64,000 nucleotides of DNA. It comes from the human T2T-CHM13v2.0 reference genome, Homo sapiens. The notes under the pieces were generated by a model. That model was not told the origin of the DNA and searched no databases. It saw only the letters and a program-made list of their open reading frames with translations. Within the stretch, counting starts at the first letter, position 1. Each line of letters starts with the position of its first letter. This document shows, one piece after another, positions 50,446 to 64,000 of the stretch. The stretch is taken from NCBI RefSeq assembly GCF_009914755.1, contig NC_060931.1; one strand, written 5' to 3'. The translations under genes were made by a program, and so were the position numbers.

Positions 50446-53400
50446 TTTTTGGCGTCTTTGTAATTAATAGCTCTACAGTCTGAAAAGAACATTGTCTGTA
50501 TCTAATATTTGTATTCCTTAGATTATAGTCACTGTATATGTGAATGGGACATTAATGATTTTAATATATCAGAGTCTGTTTTTTTTAAACAGAGGCCATG
50601 GTCCTATCATTCTGAATAAAATACCTGGGAAATTTATTTCAAAAGAGCTTTATCTTCCCTTAGTGTGAGAAACCTTTCAGCTCATTACCAGACAGCAATT
50701 TAGTGAGACATCATTCAAGATGATGATAATGGTTTGAATTATTTTGATGCCCCAAATAATGAGGATTCTCCTGCAAGTGACCAAAATTTATAGCTGTGGC
50801 TTGCATAGTAGCTTAGCAGTTCACATATGGCTTATGTCAGTGGCAGACACAACGTTATTTTCTAAATCACATTGATTAGTTATGTGGTATTGAAAGATCT
50901 TAAACAGAATGAAGGTCTATAAATTGCAGAATGGAGTCCTCAAAACTTCTTATCTCTATTTCAGTTCTGTCAAAATGAACCCAAGAGCCAAGCATTCCAT
51001 GTACACAATGCTACTAGTCAAAGAATAAGAACTGAGACCATTCAATTTCCTCTTTTTCTGGCAAGGAGCCAGACTGACATTTTCTTTTCTGTTAGTTTTG
51101 GCAAGGAAGAAAGAGAGAGGAAACTTTACTGCACAGTTACTGATGGTTTTTCTATTTTGTTTTTATTAAAAATGTTGAAACATGGGCCCTTTGTCAAAAT
51201 TATTTTATTATTGAAGGGTTGGTGGGGTGAATGAACTGGCAACTGTTCAGAAAACCATTAACAGCACTGATAATGGTCAATCTCATTTGGGTTCCCCAAC
51301 ACAGAAGTGCTTAATAGCAATAAATTATGCTGCAGTACGGTGACTGATGTGCATGTTTAATGAATTGGTACAGACTTGGAGGTTAATCTGCTGGGAGGTA
51401 ACAAACTTAGCCCATCTGATATTGCAATAAAAGTATGATCTTTTTAAGTTACATGATGATATATTTTGGGCACGAAACTAAAAAAATGAGTTTTCATTGG
51501 CTGCAGATTTGTTGGGTCTCCAAGACTAAAACATTGAAAAACCAACAACCCTAATAGTGACATTTGAATGAAATACAAAACTTAAGTACATCAGCAGTGG
51601 AATGCAACCCACCCAGAATGAGAGACTGGTGGCCATCAAAGCACTTACAGAAAATGCAGTGTGTTCTCAGAAAACAATTGTTCTTAAGTTAAACCCTTTT
51701 TACCTATGCAATGGATTATATTTTTAGTTCTTAAACTTATTTGTATAACAAGAAAACAACTACTCTTTCTACATGATTCTACAATAAATATTCCTTGGAG
51801 TTTGTAGAGAATATGTGACTTTTCTCAGGAACCACAGAGAGAAAATGACTTTGTAAGCCTAAACGTAAAGCAGTTATCAATTTGAAAAACATTATAAATG
51901 GTTCTGTTAGCTGTAGGGTTACTGATGAGGTGAAAGGAGAAAAAAAATCAGTAAAACTAAGGAACAATACTTTAATATGGGAAAATATTTGCATGCAGGC
52001 AAACATGGGAAACAATTACTTCTCTGTTTTGTAATCAAGTGTTTATTAGTGTCAGTTCACACTGTGATATCTAGTCCAGGCAGAAAGTGAGATTAATTGT
52101 TTCACCTCAAAACAATCTTTTTCTGCACCTTAATGTTTTAAGTATTCTTTTTCTTCTTCATGGAGTAAGTATTCTGACATGGAGGATATCAGACTGAAAC
52201 ATTTGAAAGCCAAATCCTCTGGCTATGAAATCATTGAAAGCAGAAGTGAATGACTAATTAAAATGCTTAATCTGCCCAGAATTCCTATCTGTACTTTTTT
52301 TGTGGTGTCCTTTGCAGATGATTTAGTGACAAATTGCTGACAATTAAGGTCCTTGAGAAAAGTTAAAATATGAAGTACTATGTTTCCAAAAGAAGATAAG
52401 AACCATTCTTCTAGATAAATCAGTTGAGAGGCCTGTTTTGATAATAATTATCTAAGTGACTGTATAATAGGTTTTAAAGAATAGAAATGTAATGAGAGGA
52501 TTTACCTAACTGGAGACATTGTGCAGGCTCTTATAAGATAGATGTCTTCATTTCTTTTTAAGATTTTCTTATTAACTGAACATACTCATGGATACTCTGA
52601 TACATATCTTTTACAAAATTTTACAACTGAAATGAAGGAAACTATTTTTACAGTACTTCCTAATTGTTAGTGTTACCAATTCCTAAGCTGCTTGAACCCT
52701 ATGTTTTCTGAACTCTCACACTGCTGACATTGAGGTCATTTTTGAGATTGTGCAAGGATCAAAAGCATCCTTATATGTTTCTGGCAATTTCACTAATTTG
52801 CTTAATTCTTCTATTAAAGAAGGTAGAATATCAGAAGCCATTTTGTTCAAATCTTATTCGTGCAATCATTACATAATCTAATACATATTTAATATAAATA
52901 TACCAAGACTCTTTTTTTGACCTTCTAACAGAATAACATGGGTTGTAATATAAAATTTAGTCAAACTGCTTCCAAACAATTCCCATGTCTTGTTTTACAT
53001 AACAAATTTTCTAACTTATGTGCTTATGTGTACTGCTTAAAATTGAAGAGAATTTGGTTATAGCAGTTTAGAAAAAAGAATTTGAGAGAGTAGTTGAAGC
53101 CATTGGTCCAATGTTTTCACCTTTGAAGAAAAATTTCTACCAATCTCATTCTTTTGTGGGAGGGAAGATTGCAAGTGAGAGTAACAGTGGCAGGGACAGC
53201 TTTTTATGCAAGTGTGCAGGCAACTAACATGCTTCCACAAGAGCTCACTCTATGAATTAGTAACTTTTCTCTGGGTAGGGCGAACCATAGATTGTCTTCT
53301 GAATTTGCAAGGATCTACTCACAAATCTTTAATTTGCCCTCAAAATTGCACTTTTGAACTTGTATAAATAGATGGCCAACATTAAATTAGCTAAAATGTT

Positions 53401-54921
53401 TGATTTAATGGCAAGATATAGATATGTACATATGTATATATGTGTGTATATATATGTGTGTACTTAACTGTATAAGAGAATGAATTTCTTATGGAAGGAT
53501 TTTTGTTTGTTTTTTAAGGTTTAATTTAAATAACAAGTAATATTGGTCAAAAAGTTGAACTAGGATTATATTTAATTAAAAATAAAGCCATGCACTGTAT
53601 AGAGAAAACTTGGAGGAATTCAAGAGACATTACACATATTGAACTGAATTGACCATTTGCAAATTCTAAAGACTCTAACAAATTACGTCTTCATCAAAGT
53701 CATCATGATATTTTCCTTAGCTCTCTGAGGAAATGCCTGCAGAAGACTTGAGAGGACCATCCTTTTATAGTTTAATGTCTCTTCACTGATTAGCGAATAT
53801 CATGTTCACTGCAAACAGAGGATGAAGAAGACACTAAGTAGAAATGTGTCCTGAAACAGGGGGCAACCAAGTTTCCCACATTCAACAAGAAAAATGGAAC
53901 TGCATGGAAATGCAAGATGTCAAGATGAGAAGTGGAACAGGCTGTACTTTGTGTAAATATAGGAATTTCTTAAGTTATTTGTGTTTGAGAGGAGAGAGTT
54001 GTTTTTGCTTCTTGAAGGAATGTACAAAATAAGGATGGTGATGAAAAGGGAAGGATGAAATATTGCTTGGAGACTGTCAAGATGGTGATAGAATGATGGA
54101 ATGAGGAACGTCATCGTGATATGCAAGGGGAAAAGAAAGAAAGTGAATACCATGCTAATAAATTCCTTCTCTTTCCTGGTGGTATTTCTAAGGATAGAAA
54201 TAAATATAAAAATTATCCTATTAAAAAATCAACATGGTAAAAATGTTTTCTGGTAAAACTGTTTAGGTTTTATTTTGGGAAGCAGTATTTATTCACCTAT
54301 ATATCTCAGTATTAATTTTGAAATATATTGAATTCTAATTTATATCAAACCATAATAAGTAACTCAAGATAGTGACTATAATCAATCCTTATATTATTTT
54401 GTTGAAATAACATTATGAACATGCACCTTAAAGGATTGTACACAGCCCTCAATTTGTAGTAACAAAGCAAGACTTGAAGAAGTGATATTTCCAAAGTAAC
54501 ATAACTAATATCGATTAAAATTAAAATGAAGTATTTTGATTCTGACGGCAGTGCACTTTCCAATACACAATACTGTAGGTGAAAGATGAAAGTATCCCAT
54601 GTTACTAATGAAAAATTTGAGATTCAGAAATATCCAAAGCTGTGATGTCAGCAATAGAAGCACAAATATCAACTACCCAGACCACCAGATTGCCAGCCCA
54701 GCACTGGATCAGCAAGGCCTGCATTTCCAAATGTTCATTTGTGAGTGTCATGAATAATACTGAGTAAAATTCTTATACATTTATCAACAAATGAATACAT
54801 AAAGTCTCTCATGGAAGATTTGGTATAAATGATTTTATTAAGGAAAGTGCATGTCTCTGTGTACTTTTCTTTCTACACTTAAAAAAAAAACCCCAATTAC
54901 CTGAGTAAATCAGAATTTCCT

Positions 54922-55140
54922 TAGTGGTATGGGTTTGGGAGGCCAATAGGCTTGGATGCAAATCTATTCTTCACCATCAATGGGTGTGAGCTTGGGCAGG
55001 CACCTCCCCTTTCTGTCATTTAGTTTCTCTACCTGTAACTTGGGATAATAATAGTACCCATTTCTGGAGTGAGAACTAAAGAAGATGATGTATGTAACTG
55101 ATGAACGTAGAAAGCACTCAAAGAATGTTCACTATTATTA
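54922..55140 (+). mobile_element. MIR
   Basis: gtgtgagcttgggcagg...tagtttctctacctgtaacttgggataataatagtaccc...gcactcaaagaatgtt. Confidence 0.75.
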
Positions 55141-55229
55141 GCAACCTGAAGATACCCATAACGATGTACAATGCATGGTATAGCAAGTAGTCCTGAATTT
55201 TGAAATCTGTTATTTTCTATTTATTATTA

Positions 55230-55965
55230 TGTTTAATTGTGGCAAAATACATTTAATACAAAATTTACCATCTTGTCCATTTTTAAGTATACAGATCAGC
55301 AGTGTTAAGTACATTCTTATTGTTGTACAACCATCACTATTCTCTATTTGCAGAATTCTTCATTTTGCAGAACTAAAACTCTGTACTCATTAAACAACAA
55401 CTCTCCATTCCTTCCTCCCACTAGCCCCTAACAAACAACATTCTATTTTGCATTTCTATGAATTTCACTACTCTAGGTGTTTCATATAAATGGAATCATG
55501 TATTATTTATACTGGCTTATTTCACTTAGTGTAACATCCTTGAGGGTCATCCATGATGTAGCGTGTGTTAGAATTTCCTTCCTTGTAAGACTAAATAATA
55601 TTCCATTGCATATGTATGCCACATTTTGTGTATACATTCATACATTGATGGACATGTGGGTTGTTTTTACCTTTTGATTATCGTGAATTATGATACCATG
55701 AACATAGCTACATAAATAACATTTTGAGACCCTACTTTCAATTATTTTGGGTATATATCCAGAAGTGAAATTTCTTGATTAGATAGTACATTTATTTTCT
55801 TTTTTTTGGAGAATTGCCATATTGTTTTCCTAAGTGTCTACATCATTTTATATTCCCACTAACAGGGTTCAGGCTTCCAATTTCTTTACATCCTCACCAA
55901 CATTATTATTTTCCAGTGGTTTTTTTTTTTTTGATAGTAGTCATCCTAATGGATTTGAGGTGGTT
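55230..55965 (-). mobile_element. L1MB-type 3' end
   Basis: aaaatttaccatcttgtccatttttaagtatacag...ttgttgtacaaccatcac...aaactctgtactcattaaacaacaactc...ttctttacatcctcaccaaca. Confidence 0.88.
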
Positions 55966-58900
55966 GAAACCTTTTATTTTTAATATAAGAGATCTTTGAG
56001 GATCTGTCTGTCATTTGTTATAGAAAGTGACTGTTAAACATACTCTGAATCTACTGTCATTGTTAGTTTGTAAAAATCACAGCAAAACATTGGGGAGATA
56101 ATTCTAAATACCTAAGGACTCACTGGTGTTCACATGGCAACAATGGAATGAAATTATCACAAACTAGTAACTAAAATTTTTATTTCACAATTGTTAGGTT
56201 TGTATCATTGTCCTAAATTCTAGTTATTACATAAACAATATAACAATTGCAATAATAGGACTCAATTAATGTTGAGAAGATTAGGAAGCTTGAGTTTGTT
56301 TGTTTTATAGATGTCAATATTAGGATATCTTCTTGAAATTTCCACCATTTATTCCCTTTCGTCCCCCATTAATAGTGTATTGTGTAGAGCCTGGAGTATT
56401 CTACCCAGCACTGGATACCGGAGTGGATTTTTTTTCCCCTACTTAATGTAAGTTTAAGGCTTTGTGCTTATTTTTTAAAAATCAAAACCAGGTATTTCAT
56501 TCTTTTACTATTGATTCTTATATATATCTGCATATAGTGAGTACTATTTATAGAAATACATGTGCAATTCAGAAATATGTATTTCATTGTTAAAATAAAG
56601 ATTAAAGCAGAAACTTATTTATTAGACTCTTAATTAATTTTAGAGAAAAATAATAATGAATAAGTTGTACTATGGGTTTTCATTGGGCAGTATCTATTTC
56701 TGGAACCACTAACCAATGATTGAATAACTAAGTCATTAATCCTTCAATGTGCTTAAGCTCTTAAATAAATGGGCACAGAGGATAAATAATTTTTTAAAAA
56801 AGTGAAAAACTAGCCACCAAAGCTTATTTTGTTGTCCCTCAAATTTACCTAGTAATTAGCTGGCATTTTTCCTATGATATGTTAAAGTCAATTAAATAGA
56901 TGCTTTAGTCAGGATTAATTGTATCACAGTAAAGTTAAAAAGGAAGAATATGAATGCTTATGTTTTTGTTTACTTGAATGTAAAAGGAGAATCATTTTAC
57001 CCTAACTTCTAGGATGTTTGGATCCATTTATGACAGTCTGCAAGCTTATCTTCTTATACATTTTTTTGCATATTGTAATGTATGATGGGCTTATACCATG
57101 ACAAAGATTGAAGATTAATATTGCGCAAAGAATACTCTCTTCCTTTGACCTATTCAAAAATATCAATGAGAAGGTTTTTGGAAATCTTTTCTTATTCTAC
57201 ACAGAAGTGAAAATATGCTACAGGCCTTGGCTTCAAACTCTTTTAATTTCTTATTTAAGTCTTACTCCTTGTTTATAAAAAGAAGATAACTTTAAAATAG
57301 TGCTGTATGAACTAAATTTAACTAGAAATATAAAGCACCTTCTATATAATGAATGTACTAAAAATATTAATTCAGGGTCCCCCTCTACATACAATATACA
57401 TATTCAGAAGAGATGATTTAATTATGGTCAAAATGAAAATTTGTGTGCTCCTGATTTTGTTTTAATTTTACTGTAAATGCCTTATTTATACATGAATATC
57501 ACCTAAGATCACGTTGTTTACATTGGTATTACAATTTATCCATTTTATTTCAACTCAAATTTATCAGCGTAGACCACTTCTCTGTAGTCTATCAGGTGCT
57601 GAGGAGAGCTGCTTTAGAGTGAAGACTTTTAGATTATCTAGGACTCTTTTTTTTTCTGTTTGGTTACTGTAAGCAGAGTTGACAACTACCACAAAAGAAA
57701 GTATTGTTCAGAAAGCCACAGCTGGGATTGCTGATGATATTATGAGGCCTTCAGCAAGCTGGGTTGAAAAGAGGAGGGGCTGATAGGGCTTCTATTCCAG
57801 ATGGATCAGAGAGGCTCCCAGTGAGGGGAAGAGTGAGAGCTCACTGACTCCTAGGTGCGGAAAGTAGGACCTTTAAACACAGACAACTAAAACGCTTCAC
57901 TCCTACATACATAACCAGAAAAAATAATTTCAATAAAAGTAAGTCACTTTCTCAAGGATATCTTAGAAAATGTTTCTATTTGATCACATACTGATTTTTC
58001 CAGAAGTATTTCAAAATTTCATTAGATTATTAGGTATGAGTAAACGTACTAATGATTGAAATCCTTAAGGTTAAATTTGAGTGATTGTAAAGGACATGAG
58101 ACGTGAGCATCAATGCTGCGGTGGTGTGAGCACTGTTGCCTTCAGATTTTTAGAAGGTAGACGGAGAATTTACCTAGAAATAAATGATATTGCAATGTCC
58201 CAGAATACAGAGTTCTTAATTATAGCAATGCATTTCTATCTGTCTCATGACTCTGGATTTATCAACCTTCATCTTTATAGTTGTGATAATTGGCAATAAC
58301 GAAAAATTGAAAATATAGTATTTAAATATTAAATCAGAGAGAACATTTTTTTCTTAAAATTTATTTACAAGTTATCATTAAATGGAAAATTTCTTATTCT
58401 TGCTTTCCCTTTCCTCTCATGATAAAATTTAATAAAACCAAACACTGAATTGGGACACCAAATCACTAGCACCTTAAACTGTATTCACCTGGGCAAGCCA
58501 TGTTAGTAAGTTAGGCTGCTGCAGTCATATCCTTGAGATACTCTGTGTGAGGCTGATGACTGACTTTACTCAAAAGAAAACCGAACATCAGGAAATTTCC
58601 ATCCTTAGAAAGATCAAGTTGGCCCTTACGTGTAGAATCATCTAAATGGGTAAAAGACAAGAGATAGGTTGGGAAGTGAGGAGGCTAAGGGAGAGGAGAC
58701 AAGGTCCAGAACTGGGCAATGGCAAAGGAGCACTTCTTGCCCCTAGGTGACTCGCAACTCAGACTTTGTGTCCCTGCTTGCTCTCTTTGGTGGAGCATCA
58801 GCGTGATTTTACAATATAAACTCCATCAGGATTTTTCTGCATGAAATCCTCCCATGGCTTTATCAGCTAGAATACAATTCTCACTTCTCTCCATCTGGCT

Positions 58901-59803
58901 CTATCCAGTTCTCCAACCTGTGTCGTCTGGAGCTGCTCTCACCAAGCTCAATTACTCCAGCCAAACAAGTCTTTCTGTTCCTCAATCCTTCCTTAGAGTC
59001 TTTGTAAATGTTCTTGTTTTCTCTTGGAATTTGCCCCCTGCTCCCTTGCACTGTTTCCCCTTCTCCCCTTCCGTCCTTCTCACTAAGGTCTCAGACCAAG
59101 AATTACTTAATTAGGAAGAAGTTTATTGATTAAACCCTGCTATTTTCTACCTCTGCTTCTTGCTTAGTTTCCTTCAGATCACTTCACATTTGCCACCATT
59201 TTATTCATTTATTTACTTACATTGTGGGTCTTCTCTTTGGAAATTTTGGCCTGCCATCTTGTTAGCCCACAAAGAGCATTGGCTTCATTGTAAAGCCATG
59301 AAGGAATTACAGAGAACAGTGGCTCACATGCTTCGTTCAGTACACTAAAGCAGTAACAAATATGTGTCAAAAACTCACATGCTTTCTGTGAGAATGTTGC
59401 TATTCTGTCCATTCTGCTTTTCTGTGGAGAGCTGTGACATGATGTTTATATGTTTTAGCAGAAAGTGTGTGTATCTCCTAGAAATGTGCAAAGGACAGCA
59501 TTAATGAGTATATGCCCAACATTTAACCATTCCGTATGCCTAAATTAAGGGCTTCCTTGGTATAAGGCACAGGTGCAACCTTTCTACTTATTTTACTTTA
59601 TTTTCCTTTACTTTTTTGTCTGACATAGATGATCCTAACACCTCTGCACTAGAAGCTCTGTATCCTTTGGAGTGAAGCCCCTTCCGCTAGTTTCCTCAGA
59701 TGCTGGCAAGACTTCAACTTATTTCTTTTCCTTTGCCAATGACAATATTCTCAATTTTTTAGTTCCTTTGAATATCCGTCTTACAAGGTTTACCTTGCAA
59801 CAA

Positions 59804-59822
59804 ATGCACATGCGCGCGCGCG

Positions 59823-59861
<39 letters not shown>
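59804..59861. repeat. (CG)9(CA)15 compound microsatellite within a 58-bp alternating purine-pyrimidine tract
   Basis: atgcacatg(cg)9(ca)15c. Confidence 0.95.
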
Positions 59862-59864
<3 letters not shown>

Positions 59865-62232
59865 GTGTTCGTGAGACCCATGTACTTGGCTCCAATTGGC
59901 AATAGAGTCAAAGCAGATGCTACACAGATCTTTGCTATATTTGTTATAGCCATGTCATCATAAATTTATTCCTATTACTTCTCTAATATATGTTAGTAGA
60001 TACAAAAGCCTAAAGTCTTACGTTTTAAGTGGTTATTGGTATCACTTTTATAAAGTCTACAAACTTATACACGAGGGCCACAGCTCATATCTGATTGCTT
60101 ATGTGCTAGCAATTTCAGTATAGCATGACGTATTTTCTGTGTGTTGAACTGCTTAATTCCCTCACAGTGTATTTTGAGGTAGCTGGACTTCAAATTTTTC
60201 TACAAGTGCTTTTTAAATTGTATTTTGAATATTTTTCAAAAAGTTCTTTGAATGTTATTTTCCCAGTAACATTTAAAAATCTGTCTTAACCAAGGGATAA
60301 CTATCCGTATTTATCTTTCCAATAACACATTTTTTGGCTACTATTACATTTATCTTCATTCTTCTCTTAGACTCTAAAGTCACTGCACAGGAATTGAATC
60401 CACTAACTCAATGTAACTAGCAAGATCCCCACTTTTGTCTTATTTCCTTCATGGTTACTATGGGACACAGAAAGGCACATTGTAGATTATAAGTTATACA
60501 GGACAGACTTGAGGTAATCTATTCAGTGCCTCTTCAAAAACTTGCTACCCAAAATAAATTTTTACTATGGAGAGTATTATGTAAGATGATATTGTACACT
60601 GGAAAAATCTTGACTCTTGTGAGACAGAAACAGTAATGATATATCATAAAATATACATTATCATGTTACTTTAAAATTTAATGATACACATTAGTGACCT
60701 TGATTGACTAGAAATTAATTCAAAATTGTACAAATAGAGGAAAAAACCCACTACTGTTATCAAATTTCAGCTTAGTTCCAAGAATGACCTGTCCAATATA
60801 ATAAAGTTCTTACTGTCTTCAGAACATCAGAGAACTTACTATCCATGGTTTGGTCTTTGAAGTCACCATGACACCATCGCCTCTGATAAAAGAGTTTATT
60901 TATAACTTGCTCAGTTTATGTCCTTTCCCACTGAATCAGCAGGCTCTCTAAGGTTTGGGGATATAATTTCAAGGACTGTTAAACCTCTGTCAAAGTTTCC
61001 TTGGCCCCCTGAGGGGCCCTGTTTTTCAACATTCTCTTTGCTAAGACAAGACTTCTCAAGAAAGTGCTCAGAAAACTGACAGCTTCAAGTACCAGAGGTT
61101 TTGTAATTTGAAGTGGCATTTAATCCGAAAAATAACATTAGCAAATCAGCATATAATTGGCTTTCTATTTCCTTTTTCCCACCCCTTGTTTTTTTTTTTT
61201 TTTCTCTCTCTCTCTCTTTGGTCAGGACAAGACACAAGTCAAAATTATACTTGATACGATACAGCAATTTCTTCATTCTTCAGAAGGATGTGCCTATCCA
61301 CACAATTAAGTAGATGGAATATCATTCCCTCAGAAAAGTAGAAACATGTACCTTTTAATAGGAATTATCTCTATTTCTAGTGTTCTTTTTACATTCTCTC
61401 CTTTGTTATTCATATATACACTGACATTTAAAGAAGTCTTTGCAAACAACTAAACTTTGTGAAAAAGTTAACAAAATATGTTTACAAATAAAATATCACA
61501 CAACCACTTTATTTCTGTATTTAATTGTTCTTGGGTCCCCTTATCATAGTTCAAGTTTTCTTGCTTTTTGGCTCTTGTACTCCACGTTATACTATCTTCA
61601 CATTTAAGACTTGTCAAACTGAAACGTGGGAAATGCCCAAGGGGCTTCTATGAGATCTAGACCCTCTTAGTACCTCCCTAAATTATTCTTCTTCAGAATT
61701 CAACTTTCAACACTTCATTTGTTAATACCCTTTCTCTATCTCTCTTTTTTTAAGCAAAGCAAGGTTTTATTACATATGAATCTAAATGTCTTTTGATGAG
61801 TTATTCTTTAAATTTGTATCACTATGATTTGATTGGCATTCACTACTCTGTATGAAATATATGTACACCGTATCATTTTCATCATATTCATCTCCACATG
61901 ACTGTGCCATTCTACTGCTCCTCTTACTGCTGAGATCACGGAGGGCTATGAAGATACTGGCTTTGCTTGAGGTCACTGTTCTTGATGACAGAATAGGAGT
62001 TGGAAATCTGGACTCTGGTTTTATTCTACTAGTTAGTTTTGAGAGTCTTACTGCTGCTTCTTTAACAACCAATCGTTGCTTATTTTATCTTCAACAGAAG
62101 AGGTCACATTTTGTTGGTTCACATTGTTTTGATCAGGTTCTCAAAGATCTACTGAATGTGTACCTCCATATACAATTAAGGTTATGTTCTGCTGCTTGTT
62201 TTATGTTTTGCTATTAGTTGCACAGGCTTTAA

Positions 62233-62557
<325 letters not shown>

Positions 62558-62574
62558 CACTTCCTCTTTTTAAT

Positions 62575-62735
62575 AACTTGTAACCTGGAGCAAATTCCTC
62601 AGTCTTTCGAAGTCACATTTTCCTTTTCATCTGTTCACTGGGTTCACAATAACTTCATCATAAGATTGTTACTAATTTTAATGAGACACTTCATATAAAG
62701 TGGTCAGTAGTCAATAAGTGATGACTATTATTGTT
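62575..62735 (+). mobile_element. MIR
   Basis: tgtaacctggagcaaattcctcagtct...aataacttcatcataagattgtt...ttaatgagac. Confidence 0.55.
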
Positions 62736-62859
62736 AATAAGTAAGAGATATAAACTTTATTCTTAATTACATTGAAATCCAATTTGGGAAGTAAGAACTA
62801 TATATTGAACTTATTTAAGAAATAGTAATAGTTACCAATTATTACATATTAAATATGTA

Positions 62860-63048
62860 AATATAGTAAATATTTAAGTAGTAATATTTAATAATGTATG
62901 CTAGATATTGGGATAGCATTACACAAGCATCTCATTTAATTTAATTCTAATAATAAACCTATAAGAAGACATTATTTATCCTCATTTCTTTGGACAATGA
63001 AACTGAAGCTGGAAGAAAGTAAATTCCTTGTTCAAGATTTCTTAGTAA
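62860..63048 (-). mobile_element. MIR, ending at the MER61 LTR
   Basis: atctcatttaat...aaacctataagaag..attatttatcctcattt...atgaaactgaagct...cttgttcaag. Confidence 0.65.
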
Positions 63049-63357
63049 TGAGACAGCCAGGTGGGAGGGGGTCCCTGGGGAAACTCTAACCACCCTGCCC
63101 ACTGAGGTGGAGCCTCAGGTTTGCAGCAGGGAGGAGGCTGGCGCCTCCTCTTCCTGCGTGGAACCTGGGATTCAAGCTGTGGTGGGTAAGCACTCTAGCA
63201 GGGACTTTGGCCTACTGAGACTCCCTGTTTCTCCTTTTCTTCCGTTTCACCCAATCAAACCCTGTCTTACCATTCAAATTGTCTGCGAGCCAAAATTTTC
63301 ATGGACGTGGGGCAAAGAACCCCGTCTTTAGCTGAACTAAGGAAAAGTCCTGAAACA
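63049..63357 (+). mobile_element. MER61 (A/B-like) ERV1 5' LTR
   Basis: TG...CA termini; tgagacagccaggtgggagggggtccc...ggaacctgggattcaa...tttagctgaactaaggaaaagtcctgaaaca matches the remembered MER61 consensus. Confidence 0.85.

Positions 63358-64000
<643 letters not shown>

Noticed and set aside
57645-57783. Acceptor followed by a 35-codon open frame (ELTTTTKESIVQKATAG...)
   Set aside because: The AG is separated from the pyrimidine tract, there is no good donor before the stop, and I recognise no homology.
61003-61018. ggccccctgaggggcc as a CTCF site
   Set aside because: Three mismatches to the CTCF core; only a short GC quasi-palindrome.
61782-62217. Overlapping 121-aa and 96-aa ORFs
   Set aside because: No recognisable homology or exon structure; partly overlaps MIR-like sequence; consistent with chance.

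Overview
AT-rich, CpG-poor primate (very probably human) genomic DNA; the evidence is FAM, AluJ, AluS and AluY copies together with L1PA and MADE1 elements. I find no intact protein-coding gene, RNA gene, CpG island or CRISPR array, and I cannot name the locus. The ORFs in the track that I can assign are decayed transposon frames (L1 ORF1/ORF2, Tigger4 transposase), Alu read-through or low-complexity sequence; the rest look like chance ORFs. Main repeats: an old minus-strand L1 that keeps its 5' end (1-4573), two MER44 copies, an apparently full-length Tigger4/Zombi (42117-44940), a MADE1 split by an Alu, ten Alu-family copies, L2/MIR remnants, an LTR78-like solo LTR, and a MER61 LTR with PBS and internal sequence at the right edge. 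Long unique stretches rich in homeodomain/TALE/SOX motifs, plus a minus-strand bias of L1s, suggest a large intron of a plus-strand gene or a regulatory desert. Best leads: (1) a TATA/C-EBP promoter-like site at about 19.4 kb that could link to a well-defined 54-nt exon candidate at 23253-23306; (2) a possible 8-nt minus-strand micro-exon; (3) a UG-repeat cryptic-exon candidate; (4) a perfect ARE next to three CCAAT boxes; (5) a 150-bp AT-rich quasi-palindrome. None of these amounts to a demonstrated new biological system. Repeat names come from remembered consensus sequences, and boundaries of old repeats are approximate.
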